Below, one piece after another: positions 45,278 through 55,082 of a stretch of DNA of 61,394 nucleotides. Source of the stretch: Candidatus Levyibacteriota bacterium (lineage in GTDB: Bacteria; Patescibacteriota; Microgenomatia; Levybacterales; UBA12049); contig JACRFQ010000008.1 in NCBI GenBank assembly GCA_016217835.1, positions 1 through 61,394 of the forward strand, in the 5' to 3' direction. Position 1 is the stretch's first letter. Every line of letters begins with the position of its first letter. The position numbers were made by a program, and so were the translations under genes. The notes under the pieces are model-generated. The model was given only the letters and a program-made list of their open reading frames with translations. It searched no databases and was not told where the DNA came from.

Positions 45278-45664
45278 ATGAGTAAATTAAATAAAGACGA
45301 ATTAATAAAAGCAGTTGAAGAGATGTCAGTTCTCGAACTTTCAGAATTTGTAAAAGCTTTGGAAGAAAAATTCGGAGTTAGCGCACAGGCTATGGTCGCA
45401 GCCGCACCGGCAGCAGGAGCAACACCAGCAGGAGAACCTGTTGAAGAACAGACAGTGTTTAACGTTGTTGTTACTTCAGGCGGAGCAAACAAAATAGCAG
45501 TTATCAAAGCAGTTAGAGAGTTGGTCCCAACACTAGGACTAGCCGATGCTAAAGCTTTAGTTGACAGCGCTCCAAAAGAAATAATGACAGCAGTCAACAA
45601 AAAAACAGCACAGGAAGCTAAAGAAAAACTTACCGCGGCAGGCGCCACCATTGAACTTAAATAA
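45278..45664 (+). CDS. rplL: 50S ribosomal protein L7/L12
   Basis: Strong SD AAGGGAGGTG; [16 protein letters not shown]..., C-terminal [17 protein letters not shown]. Confidence 0.95.
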   Translation: MSKLNKDELIKAVEEMSVLELSEFVKALEEKFGVSAQAMVAAAPAAGATPAGEPVEEQTVFNVVVTSGGANKIAVIKAVRELVPTLGLADAKALVDSAPKEIMTAVNKKTAQEAKEKLTAAGATIELK

Positions 45665-45672
45665 GATAGCTG

Positions 45673-45747
45673 GCAGTCCGCCGATAATCGCACCGCGAGT
45701 CGTGTATGAATAATACTGAAAAGACGAGCGGCAAGATAAGGCGGGCG
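45673..45747. repeat. R-family repeat, copy R6
   Basis: GCAGTCCGCCGATAA...GCGAGTCGTGTATGAATAATACTGAAAAGACGAGCGG...TAAGGCGGGC. Confidence 0.7.
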
Positions 45748-45793
45748 CAACCGTAGAGTTGAAATAAGACTTCTTTAAAGTTTTTTGCAATTT

Positions 45794-45817
45794 TCCCGCG
45801 TTCTACGCGGGATTTTT
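45794..45817 (+). terminator. intrinsic terminator downstream of rplL
   Basis: TCCCGCG-ttcta-CGCGGGA followed by TTTTT. Confidence 0.75.
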
Positions 45818-45841
45818 GTATTTAAGAACAAACTGGGGCTT

Positions 45842-45912
45842 GACCCCACTTATTTTAGCATTCGCCTTACCTACTATCCGTAGCGCGGCTCATGCTGCAA
45901 TACTAGAGAGGT
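45842..45912. repeat. R-family repeat, copy R7
   Basis: ...TTAGCATTCGCCTTACCTACTATCCGTAGCGCGGCTCATGCTGCAA... Confidence 0.65.
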
Positions 45913-45916
45913 CTGC

Positions 45917-45944
45917 GTAGTAAATTTCAATTTACTACTTGACA
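45917..45944 (+). promoter_or_regulatory. palindrome abutting a -35-like box upstream of the HTH gene
   Basis: GTAGTAAAT-ttca-ATTTACTAC immediately followed by TTGACA. Confidence 0.4.
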
Positions 45945-46019
45945 ATTATGTTATAGTTTGTTACTTTACTACCAGTTAATAATCACATTGATTATTAAAA
46001 GATTACTCTTAAAGCTAAC

Positions 46020-46226
46020 ATGAATCAAACACTATCAATCAATAACCTACCTGATCTTTTAACTGTTAAGGAAGTTGCTCAAATTTTAAGAGTCTCCCCT
46101 CTTACAATCAAACGCTGGGGCAAAAGAGGCAAACTTCCGGCCATTAGAATCAACTCCCGGGGCGACAGAAGATATAAAAAGGAAGCAGTCCTCTGGCTTT
46201 TAGGCATCCAGCAAAAAGAAGAGTAA
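46020..46226 (+). CDS. excisionase/MerR-superfamily helix-turn-helix protein
   Basis: LLTVKEVAQILRVSPLTIKRWGKRGKLPAIR. Confidence 0.7.
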   Translation: MNQTLSINNLPDLLTVKEVAQILRVSPLTIKRWGKRGKLPAIRINSRGDRRYKKEAVLWLLGIQQKEE

Positions 46227-46413
46227 TTCTGCAAAGCAGAATTAAAATTACCTAATTATTCTAATTAACCTAATTTCTAAACCCACTATTAGATTTTCTT
46301 ACAAAGAAAAACAATATTTTCTCTAAATTTAACAGCTCTCTTTCGAATCATACTTAAAAATTTTGTCATTAGTCATTTTTTAGTTTAATTAGATTAATTA
46401 GAAATTAGAAATT

Positions 46414-46887
46414 TTACTGTGTGACTGTTGGTGTTGGCGAAGGTGATTTTTTGATAACCGTTGGATATACTGTTACTGTTGCCGAAACTGTTGCCTGAAT
46501 CTGAACCGGTTCAGTTGTTGGCTTAGCAACAAGAGGCGCAACATCAATAATTTTATTCGTATTCGGTCTGTACAAAATTGCTTTTTGAGCAATGTTGTAA
46601 ATTAAAACCTTGTCTCCATTTTGTGCTTTTGAGAAAAACGGCTGATTAGGCAATTTTGAGACATCAGAAACAGTTGCAATTTGCGGCTGTTCACCTACGG
46701 GAAGTTCTATCAGTTTTCCTACTTTTTCAATTAAATTTTGTGATTCTATAACTGCCGCCTGCGTTGGGTCTTGAGATGAAACACCACTTTTTTTGTAAAC
46801 CAAAAAATAATACAAAGAAGCGCCTAAAACAATAGCGGCAAAAATTACTAATAATATCTTTTTTTTCTCAAAAAACTTATTAATCAT
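46414..46887 (-). CDS. hypothetical membrane-anchored protein
   Basis: N-terminal TM segment, T/P-rich C-terminus. Confidence 0.5.
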   Translation of the reverse strand: MINKFFEKKKILLVIFAAIVLGASLYYFLVYKKSGVSSQDPTQAAVIESQNLIEKVGKLIELPVGEQPQIATVSDVSKLPNQPFFSKAQNGDKVLIYNIAQKAILYRPNTNKIIDVAPLVAKPTTEPVQIQATVSATVTVYPTVIKKSPSPTPTVTQ

Positions 46888-46959
46888 TGTAAAACATAAT
46901 AATTCGCATCTAAATAATTGTCAATACGCTGATTTTGATGTAGAGTAAATATAGAGATT

Positions 46960-47099
46960 AAATTTCTAATTCTTAATTTCTAATTTCTAACCTGCCCGCA
47001 GATGCTACGCATCAAGCGTTGCAGGCGGGTCAAATTTAAATGTTTAAAACATTAAAAATTAAAAATTCACTGAAAATTGAAAATTTAAAATTTAAAATT
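46960..47099. repeat. composite intergenic repeat (reverse-complement homolog of 19338-19480)
   Basis: ...ttctaACCTGCCCGCagatgctacgcatcAAGCGTTGCAGGCGGGTCAAAtttaaatg...aaatttaaaatttaaaatt. Overlaps the annotated start of the 929-aa ORF. Confidence 0.8.
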
Positions 47100-49829
47100 A
47101 GCCTTGCTGTTCTTATATCTTTAATCTTAATTCTTAATTCTGTAACAGCTTACGCTTCGTCGTTTAATCAAGCTTATATTAGGCTTGATAATCTAAGCGC
47201 AAACACTGCCCTTTCCGGAACCATTTGCGCAGATCCCTCATCGGCCGGAGCTGGAACAGAGGCAAAGATTGCCATAACTTTCCCTTCTGACTTTACAATT
47301 AATACAACTACCTCTAACTGGACAACTTCAGTAACTAACTTGCCTGCAGGAGCAACTAATTGGCCATCAATCGGAGCAACCGCGACAAGCGTTTCAGGAC
47401 AAACAGTAACTTTTGCAAGCGGAGATCTAACCGCAAGCACACTTTACTGTTTTAATTTTACAGGAAGCTCCTCAACAACAGGATCTGCGGGAACAGAAAA
47501 AACAGGCACGCTTGTAAGTAAAAACAGCTCCGATACAACTATTGATTCAACTACTTACGCCCTTGCCATTGTTTCAAGCGGCAACATAAACATTACGGCA
47601 AGCGTTGATCCGCAGGTTTCCGACTTACCAATTGCAATTCAATCAACAACAGTTGGAACAACTTTTCCTCAAGACACAACCATAAATTACAAAATAACTT
47701 ATGGAAACAGCGCAACAACATCTATACCCTTAACTATTCAGGCGCAGTGGACACAGGGAACAATTGCCGGAAACCCAAGCCCTTCTGTTGATATTTTGGA
47801 TTATGTCGTGGGAAGCGCAAGTAACGCCTATAGCTCCACCCCAGCCGTTATAAATACTGTTAACAGAACCATAACCTGGACTATCTCATCAATTTCAGGC
47901 TCAACAACAGGACAAACTGTTACATTTAGCCTCAAAACAAACAGCAGCTATACGGGCGGAAGCACGGTAAGTTTTTCTGTTTTAGCAAGAGCAACTTCGG
48001 GCTCAACCACAACTCCGGATGCATCGATAAGTCAAAACTATTTATTTTCAGGAACTTCTAATCCTGGCGGCCCCGGAGACCAAAAATCTGATAATTTAGG
48101 CTGCAAAAGTCGTGACTGCAGCACGCCAACCATCACTCAACCTGCTTTACCTATTTTTAATTCAATAGAAATATACTCAATTTCTAGCTCCTATGCAAAA
48201 ATATTTGTTGCAACCAATAAGAGTACAACCCTAACAATCCGGTACGGAAAATCTCTCAAGTCTCTCTTGCAAAACATTAAAACAGCGCTTCCTGCCACAG
48301 AAAATATAGTTACATTACCCGACCTTGAAACAGACACGGATTATTATTTTAAAGTAACTGCAAAAGATACAAGCGGAAATACTGTGACTTCAGACATTTT
48401 TACTTTTAAAACTGCTTCGAAGTCTTTTGCCCCAAGTATTGACTTGCAAAGCCTTGTTATTACAAGCAACAATAATATTTTATTAAATCCGCAAGGTCAG
48501 CTGGCAACAGGGCAAACTGCTCCTAAATATATAATAGTAATCCCCTACTCAAGCGTATTCGAGTTTCACTTTATCCTAAATAAGAAAACCCAAATAAAAA
48601 ACATTCAGGCAATTGTCAGAAACAAAAATGTTTTGGGGGCAAGCACTTTCGGGCAACCCGAAGCAAACTCTAATCTTACCGATTTAGTCGAAACACGGCC
48701 GGGGGTTTACACGGGAAGACTTTTAAGCCCTAAGACCCCGGGAAATTACGAGCTTTATGTAAAAATTATTGATTACAGCGGAAATATAACCATACAAAAA
48801 ATTGCCGAACTAAAAGTTGTAAATAAGTTTAAAGTGCTTGAAAAAGGACTCAAAAACCCAATTGAAAACGCAAGAGTTTTGTTTTATTTATATAATCCAA
48901 CCACCAAAGTTTATGAAGTTATTTCCCCTCAGATTTTACCAATAAGCAATCCTTCGTATTCAAATCCGCAAGGCTTAGTCGATGTTATTTTACCGATAGG
49001 AAAATATAAAGCAGAAATTTTAGCAATCGGTTACAACGATAGTAAAACGGAATTTGAATTAAACCCTGAATATGGAGAGTATCCGACAATTTATCTTGAA
49101 AAACAACCGTTTAATATTATTAATTACATTAATTATTACTCAAGCACTTTTTTTGACAACTTATCTGCGGGCGGACAATTTATTAAATCCCGTGCCGATT
49201 CAAGCCGCCTTTTTGATTTTATTACAGTAGGAAGCTTATTTATTTTTGTATTCACTACTCTTTTTGCTTTTTCTGCAAAGACACACATTCCCATTTTTTA
49301 TCTTCCTCTGTTCTTAATTTATAAAACAGATCTTTTTTTAAGAAAAAATAAATCTTATGTAATCTTCGGAAAAGTTGTAGAGGATACAACAAGAAACCCT
49401 GTTTCAAGAGTAATTGTTAGCCTTATCGATGCAAACAATAATACTATCGCAACTTTAAAAACGAATAAACTCGGGGAATTTTATTACCCGAATGTTAATT
49501 TGGGAAATTATAAAATATCTGTTACAAAAAAAGGTTTTCTGCAAAGTTCTCCGATAAACTATAAAAAAGAGGATAAAATAATTCCGCTCACAATATCTAT
49601 CAAAAAGGACGAATCTAAGCTTGAGAGAAATATTGATAATATTTTAATTTATGCGGTTGATTTTGTAGGTTTGTTTTTTGAATTTATGCTAACCATTGGA
49701 ATAATAATTGAAATTTTCTTTATACAAACTTTCGGCTTTTTACGTATTGCGCCGTTTATGGCAATCTCTACTACAAATCTTTTACTCCTCTTCTTATTCC
49801 TTTATAAACCCAAAAACCTCAAAAACTAG
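47040..49829 (+). CDS. large surface protein (signal peptide, FN3-like and carboxypeptidase-regulatory-like domains, C-terminal TM segments)
   Basis: LILNSVTAYASS signal. FN3-like TLTIRYGKS...DTDYYFKVTAKDTSGN. CarboxypepD_reg-like FGKVVEDTTRNPVSRVIVSLIDANN...NYKISVTKKGF. The first ~20 codons are repeat-derived, so the true start is uncertain. Confidence 0.7.
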   Translation: MFKTLKIKNSLKIENLKFKISLAVLISLILILNSVTAYASSFNQAYIRLDNLSANTALSGTICADPSSAGAGTEAKIAITFPSDFTINTTTSNWTTSVTNLPAGATNWPSIGATATSVSGQTVTFASGDLTASTLYCFNFTGSSSTTGSAGTEKTGTLVSKNSSDTTIDSTTYALAIVSSGNINITASVDPQVSDLPIAIQSTTVGTTFPQDTTINYKITYGNSATTSIPLTIQAQWTQGTIAGNPSPSVDILDYVVGSASNAYSSTPAVINTVNRTITWTISSISGSTTGQTVTFSLKTNSSYTGGSTVSFSVLARATSGSTTTPDASISQNYLFSGTSNPGGPGDQKSDNLGCKSRDCSTPTITQPALPIFNSIEIYSISSSYAKIFVATNKSTTLTIRYGKSLKSLLQNIKTALPATENIVTLPDLETDTDYYFKVTAKDTSGNTVTSDIFTFKTASKSFAPSIDLQSLVITSNNNILLNPQGQLATGQTAPKYIIVIPYSSVFEFHFILNKKTQIKNIQAIVRNKNVLGASTFGQPEANSNLTDLVETRPGVYTGRLLSPKTPGNYELYVKIIDYSGNITIQKIAELKVVNKFKVLEKGLKNPIENARVLFYLYNPTTKVYEVISPQILPISNPSYSNPQGLVDVILPIGKYKAEILAIGYNDSKTEFELNPEYGEYPTIYLEKQPFNIINYINYYSSTFFDNLSAGGQFIKSRADSSRLFDFITVGSLFIFVFTTLFAFSAKTHIPIFYLPLFLIYKTDLFLRKNKSYVIFGKVVEDTTRNPVSRVIVSLIDANNNTIATLKTNKLGEFYYPNVNLGNYKISVTKKGFLQSSPINYKKEDKIIPLTISIKKDESKLERNIDNILIYAVDFVGLFFEFMLTIGIIIEIFFIQTFGFLRIAPFMAISTTNLLLLFLFLYKPKNLKN

Positions 49830-49941
49830 AGTATCACCTGATTAACCAAGAGCAAGCTGAAAACAAATCTTGTCCTCTTTAAGCAGATTATTTCCCTAAT
49901 TTTGTTTGACTTTTAAAACACTTCTTTGATATGATATTTGT

Positions 49942-50424
49942 GTGGAGCAACCTAAAATTCTGGTAATTGAAGACGAAGAATATCTGCGTGACCTTTACGA
50001 GGAAATTCTCAAAGAAGAAAACTATTATATTGAAACCGCAAAAGACGGCACCGAGGGAATAGCGAAAGCTAAAAAGGGAGGCTGGGATTTGATACTCCTG
50101 GACATAATGTTACCCGGAATAGACGGAATTGAAATCATAAAAACACTAAAAAACAATCCTCCTCCTATACCAAATAGGAAAATTATATTTCTTACGAATC
50201 TTGATAAAAATAAGGAATTAGAGCAAGCATTGGTGTTAGGCGATGGATGTATTATAAAAAGCAAGATTACACCGGATGTTCTAGTGGAAAAAATTAAAAC
50301 TTATCTTAAAGTATCTACCGATGCGAAAGATACATCACCTACTGCAGGAATGGCAGAGGACGGCATAACGCCAGCCGGAACAGGCGGAGCGCCTACACCA
50401 CCTAATGCCTCAACCGCTTCATGA
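49942..50424 (+). CDS. single-domain response regulator (CheY-like) with a P/T/A/G-rich tail
   Basis: GTG start; ILVIEDEEYL, LILLDIMLPGIDG, FLTNL. Confidence 0.8.
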   Translation: MEQPKILVIEDEEYLRDLYEEILKEENYYIETAKDGTEGIAKAKKGGWDLILLDIMLPGIDGIEIIKTLKNNPPPIPNRKIIFLTNLDKNKELEQALVLGDGCIIKSKITPDVLVEKIKTYLKVSTDAKDTSPTAGMAEDGITPAGTGGAPTPPNASTAS

Positions 50425-51773
50425 GACTGGGAAGATTTGGAATTTGCATACATTAATGTAAAATTAAAAGTAGATCCTTTATTTTCTCCCTGTGACTCAG
50501 CCCAGACTTTACCCCCCTGAAGCTCTACCAATGCTCTGGATATATAAAGCCCAAGACCTGTTCCTTGCGTTTCTTGCTTATGTAAATAACTATCTCCCAT
50601 GGTGCCAAATTTTTGAAAGAGCTTTTGTAAAACTTCTGAGCTCATACCTTTACCCGTGTCTACAATCTGCACCAAAAGGTCTTTCTTTCGTAGAATAACA
50701 GAAACAGTAATTGACCCGCCGGCTGACGTAAACTTCATAGAGTTTCCAATAAGATTTATTAACACTTGCTCTATTCGCGGGGAATCTGCGCGAACCAGTG
50801 GAATTATTACAGACGGTTTTGTAAAAGACAGCTTTAATCCCAGCTGTTGTGAGCGAAAATCTAACTCAGAAACAACCTTATCTATTACATCAACTATCTG
50901 GATATCCTTCATCTCAATATTAATTCTTCCCGATTCAATTCTTGAAACATTAAGCATATCATTAACTAAATTTATAAGGCGCTCTGTTGATTCATACGCT
51001 CTTTCAATGTAGGTTTTTTCTTTAGGGGTTAGATTATTCTTTTTGGCTAGAAACATCCAAAGATAGGATTTTATAATTGTCATTGGAGTCCTTAATTCGT
51101 GTGACGCAAGCGAAACAAACTCGTCTTTAAGTTTATCAAGCTCCTCAAGCCTTATGTTAGCTTCTTTTAATTGCCTTGTGGCATCGTTAAGCGATTTAAA
51201 CAAAAGCGCATTATCCAGGGCAATTCCAACAGCTCCCACAAAGCTTTCAAGGATCGACCACTCTTCTTCTTTTATATCTGATTCAGTTTTACTTAAGCTA
51301 AAAATGAGCGTTCCCAATACTCTGTCTTTTGCAATAATCGGATAAACAATTGACGTTTTTATTCCAAGTGTGGTCTGAAAATTATCAACCCATTCCCTAT
51401 CCAACGCAGGCACTAAAACCTCAGAGACGTTTGTGGAGACAAACATTTTTTTTTCATTAATTGCCCTAACTGAAAGATTCTGCTCTGCCCAAAGAGGAAT
51501 TATAATATCATTAAAAGAAATTGGCGTTGCTGTTAAAAACTTTTCTGCGGATTCGGTATGCGAAATTGCAATTCTTTTTAAAGTTTTGTTTTGCAGATCA
51601 AGCATTGTTAAAACTATTACTTCATAGCCTGTATTAATAAACCCAAGCTCTGTCAATATGATATTAACAACACGTTTTGTTGCCTCTTCAAAATCAACGG
51701 TCTCAAGAACTGCTTTTTCTATTTTCCAGATTGACTCAAATACTTTTTTGTAACTAGGATTATCAGGCTGCAT
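50301..51773 (-). CDS. GAF-domain sensor histidine kinase
   Basis: H-box ASHELRTPMT, N/G boxes (NLIGNSMKFT, DTGKGM, GTGLGLYIS). Confidence 0.85.
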   Translation of the reverse strand: MQPDNPSYKKVFESIWKIEKAVLETVDFEEATKRVVNIILTELGFINTGYEVIVLTMLDLQNKTLKRIAISHTESAEKFLTATPISFNDIIIPLWAEQNLSVRAINEKKMFVSTNVSEVLVPALDREWVDNFQTTLGIKTSIVYPIIAKDRVLGTLIFSLSKTESDIKEEEWSILESFVGAVGIALDNALLFKSLNDATRQLKEANIRLEELDKLKDEFVSLASHELRTPMTIIKSYLWMFLAKKNNLTPKEKTYIERAYESTERLINLVNDMLNVSRIESGRINIEMKDIQIVDVIDKVVSELDFRSQQLGLKLSFTKPSVIIPLVRADSPRIEQVLINLIGNSMKFTSAGGSITVSVILRKKDLLVQIVDTGKGMSSEVLQKLFQKFGTMGDSYLHKQETQGTGLGLYISRALVELQGGKVWAESQGENKGSTFNFTLMYANSKSSQSHEAVEALGGVGAPPVPAGVMPSSAIPAVGDVSFASVDTLR

Positions 51774-51824
51774 TACCTTAAGTATAGCACGAATTTTAAA
51801 CTTGATAAAAGTAGTAAATACTGT

Positions 51825-53060
51825 TTATTTGGAGCCGTTTCTTCTTAAAAAATGGGTTACTTCTTCATCGGATAACAAAGTCCATTCTGTTTTTGCCTGG
51901 TTTAAAAGGGCAACCTTCTCTTCTTCGGTAACATCTAAACCTAATCTTTTACAAACGGCCTCTACATTTGATAATCCGCTCAATGGGCCGATTTTAACAA
52001 TTGGTTTAAGACCAACGTCGGCGGGATTAAATGCAAAATATATTGGTTCAACGCTTTTTCCTTTTGCGTAAGTGCTTGCATGAACTCCGGATGATGTTGC
52101 AGTTGACTCTAAACCCACAACCGGCTCATGAGAACCTATTGGAACAGATAAAATTTCTGCAGCCATTAATGCAAACTGTTGAATTTTAGACGTATCAACA
52201 TTTCTAAAACCCTGGAGGTTTAAAACGACAAGCAGCTGTTCAAGGGAGACATTTCCTGCCCTTTCACCTATTCCCCTGGATGTTGCGTGAAGCCTATCTA
52301 CCCCTTCTGAAACGGCAACAATAGAATTTGCAATTCCCATGCCCAAATCTTCATGTTCATGAAAATCAAATTTAATATCAGGATAAGGTTTTCCTACTCT
52401 TTCAAAAGTTTCCCTAAAAATATTGGAGGTTGCCCTAGGTGTTAATACACCTGTTGTATCTGCAATTGCAATTCTATCAACGCCCTCGTCGGCAGCTATT
52501 TTACAGACCTCAAAAAGCTCCTCGGGGGATGTAACACTAGCTCTTTCCGGAACAAACATAACGGGAATTCCGTTTTTCTTTGCCAAGACAATATTTGCGC
52601 GAAGTTGTCCTAACTTTGTTCCCCTGTCCCATCCTTCAACTCTTGCGCGAAGCGAGCTTGCATCCAAAAATAAATCCGCCTCTAGGGCAACGCCTGTCCT
52701 TTGCGCAACCTCTAAAATTGCTCTAACATCTCCTTCTGCGGCTCCTCTTCCTGCAGCGCTGAATGTTAAATCAAGATGCTCTAAAACAGAAAAATTGATT
52801 AAATCTATTATTTGATCCTTGTGTGTTTCTCCGCTTGCAGGAAATCCAATATCAAAGTGGTCAGAATAATTATTTTGAGCAGCAGCTTGTAAATAATCCA
52901 TTCTTTGCTCGGTTGTCGGATGGTTAATGGAATGCGTTCCCTGCATTCCGTCACGCCATGTTTCATTGTCTATTGCAACATTCACACTGGGTTGCCTTAC
53001 GGGCGCACAAACACCCTCGTGGGCTGTCCAATTATAAATTCCGGGGATTTCTTTATTCAC
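51825..53060 (-). CDS. 2-isopropylmalate/homocitrate/citramalate synthase-family (DRE-TIM) enzyme, lacking the LeuA regulatory domain
   Basis: ETWRDGMQG, FHEHEDLGMGIANSIVAV; 411 aa; GTG start. Confidence 0.75.
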   Translation of the reverse strand: MNKEIPGIYNWTAHEGVCAPVRQPSVNVAIDNETWRDGMQGTHSINHPTTEQRMDYLQAAAQNNYSDHFDIGFPASGETHKDQIIDLINFSVLEHLDLTFSAAGRGAAEGDVRAILEVAQRTGVALEADLFLDASSLRARVEGWDRGTKLGQLRANIVLAKKNGIPVMFVPERASVTSPEELFEVCKIAADEGVDRIAIADTTGVLTPRATSNIFRETFERVGKPYPDIKFDFHEHEDLGMGIANSIVAVSEGVDRLHATSRGIGERAGNVSLEQLLVVLNLQGFRNVDTSKIQQFALMAAEILSVPIGSHEPVVGLESTATSSGVHASTYAKGKSVEPIYFAFNPADVGLKPIVKIGPLSGLSNVEAVCKRLGLDVTEEEKVALLNQAKTEWTLLSDEEVTHFLRRNGSK

Positions 53061-53067
53061 GCCTCAT

Positions 53068-53126
53068 ATCTTACAATTTTTATAGGATTATGTAAAGATT
53101 GCTTTTTTGCTAAAGCCAACTATAAT
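53068..53126. promoter_or_regulatory. back-to-back divergent promoters
   Basis: Minus strand: TTTACA-17 nt-TAAGAT, ending 7 nt before the GTG at 53060. Plus strand: TTGCTT-16 nt-TATAAT, ending 9 nt before the ATG at 53136. Confidence 0.4.
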
Positions 53127-53135
53127 ATAAGCCTT

Positions 53136-55082
53136 ATGCACGAACGAAAAGACGGAAGAAAAGAACCAAATCCGGGTAGCGAACATTTAGTGTCAACCGG
53201 ACGGGTATTGTATCTAACGAGAGATCCACGTCTTATTGTAAGTCAACTTGCCGGCGAGGTATTATCCAATGTCCCCGAAAGTGAACTTATGGATAATATT
53301 TCAACCGACGCAATTGCGCCAAACCGGGTTTGTCTTGCCTGGGATGGCAAAGAAGAAGGACATCTTGGCAAATATTTATTGACAGGTCTTACGGGAGTAA
53401 TCAAACCCGGAGATATTGCCGGAAAATTTGATACGGTTGTTGCCGGGCAATCATTTGCCAGAGGTTCTTCAAGAATTCATGCTCCTCTGGCATTTCAGGA
53501 CGCAGGAATAAATTTAATTATTGCAAAAGGTGAAAGAATTTTTTCTGAAAATTGCGCAAATTTAAGAATTCATATTGTTGATCCAAAAAGTGCACAAGCA
53601 CAAAAGCTCCTCGTAGGAGAAAGAGTTCCGGATGAAGAGTTATTGTTACTTTTGCCAAACCAAACTGCGGAAATTATGAGAAGCGGCAGTTTACTTAAAT
53701 ATTTTAAAAGAATAGAAGAAAGAACAACTGCTATTCCAACTGTCGAAACTTCAGAAAGACCAATGACAATTGCCGAAAAAATAATTGCCAAGAAAACTTT
53801 AGATGCAAACGGCGGAGTTGGCGTTTCAGCTGTAAAACCCGGCGATGAAGTTATTGCAGTTCCCGATATCTATTATGGTTATGAGCTTCAGACAAACGCA
53901 ACTATTAGAGCTTTACGGCAAGAATTTGGGGACGCAACACAAGCCAGGCATCCGGAAAAAACATTTCTATACAACGACCACACTGCACTTTTAAAAGATA
54001 CCAATACTGCGCTTTTAAGACAAGGGCAGGCAGAATTTGCAGGACATCTTGGCATAACTAATTATGAGAATGACCCGGAAAGCGGTGCGCCTGCGATTTG
54101 CCATACGGATATGGTAACAAACCACGCAGAGCCTGGGCAGCTTATTTTGGGAAACGATTCGCACACATGTTCTGTGGGATGCTTAAATACTCTTGCTGTT
54201 GCAAAGGGTGCTTTAGATTTAGCAGGAGCAATAGCTCACGACAAAATGGTTGTCAGTGTACAGGAGACTATTAGAGTTAATTTAAAAGGCAAGCTTCCGC
54301 AAGGGGTAACTATGAAAGATTTTATGCTCCAATTTTTGGCAAAAGACGGGCTGAAACAAGGCATAGCAAGCGCGAGAGTTTTAGAATTCGGAGGACCTGC
54401 TTTAGAAGAAATTCCTCTCGGAGAACAATATAAACTTACGAATATGGCTATTGAAGGACAAGCTTTTACAGGAATAATTGAGCCTAACAGCCAAATAGTT
54501 AGATTTCTTATGGAAGAGAGGGGCTTGACAGAGGAAGAATTAAAAATACAAATGGTTTACCCCGACCCTGATGCAACATACTCCCATACTTTCAATATTG
54601 ATTTATCAACAGTTGAATTAACAGTTGCAGAACCGGGAGATACGCAAAATGGAATACCTCTTTCTGAAATACAAAAACAGCATATTAGAATACAAAAAGT
54701 ATACATTGGCTCATGTACTCACGGCACTCCCGAAGACTTAAGGCAAGCAGCAGAAGTGCTAAAAGGAAGAAAAGTTACGCAAGGTGTAAAACTGTACGTT
54801 CAAGCAAGCTCAAGAGCCAATTTAGCATCCTCGGAAACACTGGGATATGTTAAGACTTTGGTAGAAGCGGGCGCAGAACTTTTACCAATAGGCTGTGGCG
54901 CTTGTATGAATGCGGGCCCGGGCTCAACGGAGGCTGGCGAAACAGGGCTTTTCGCAACAAATAGAAACTTCCCCGGAAGAACCGGCAAAGGAGAAACTTA
55001 TCTCTCATCTGTTTATGTTGCCGCTGCAAGCGCAGTTACCGGTTATATTTGCGGGCCTGAAGATCTTAGGCCACTAAACTAG
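53136..55082 (+). CDS. aconitase-superfamily dehydratase, fused swivel (LeuD-like) plus catalytic (LeuC-like) domains in swivel-first order
   Basis: N-terminal DNISTDAIAP and GQSFARGSSRIHAP (small-subunit motifs), then GNDSHTCSVG, IGSCTHG and CGACMN (Fe-S cluster Cys). Start moved to ATG 53136. Confidence 0.75.
   Translation: MHERKDGRKEPNPGSEHLVSTGRVLYLTRDPRLIVSQLAGEVLSNVPESELMDNISTDAIAPNRVCLAWDGKEEGHLGKYLLTGLTGVIKPGDIAGKFDTVVAGQSFARGSSRIHAPLAFQDAGINLIIAKGERIFSENCANLRIHIVDPKSAQAQKLLVGERVPDEELLLLLPNQTAEIMRSGSLLKYFKRIEERTTAIPTVETSERPMTIAEKIIAKKTLDANGGVGVSAVKPGDEVIAVPDIYYGYELQTNATIRALRQEFGDATQARHPEKTFLYNDHTALLKDTNTALLRQGQAEFAGHLGITNYENDPESGAPAICHTDMVTNHAEPGQLILGNDSHTCSVGCLNTLAVAKGALDLAGAIAHDKMVVSVQETIRVNLKGKLPQGVTMKDFMLQFLAKDGLKQGIASARVLEFGGPALEEIPLGEQYKLTNMAIEGQAFTGIIEPNSQIVRFLMEERGLTEEELKIQMVYPDPDATYSHTFNIDLSTVELTVAEPGDTQNGIPLSEIQKQHIRIQKVYIGSCTHGTPEDLRQAAEVLKGRKVTQGVKLYVQASSRANLASSETLGYVKTLVEAGAELLPIGCGACMNAGPGSTEAGETGLFATNRNFPGRTGKGETYLSSVYVAAASAVTGYICGPEDLRPLN

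Noticed and set aside
45259-45790. ORFs 45259-45750(-) and 45557-45790(-)
   Set aside because: They are antisense to the well-supported rplL gene and to repeat/terminator sequence, and are Ala/Ser-rich mirror translations.
52905-53135. Upstream extension of the aconitase-family ORF (track start 52905)
   Set aside because: The extension overlaps the LeuA-like gene on the other strand and lacks coding character. ATG 53136 follows a TATAAT box and begins the conserved part.
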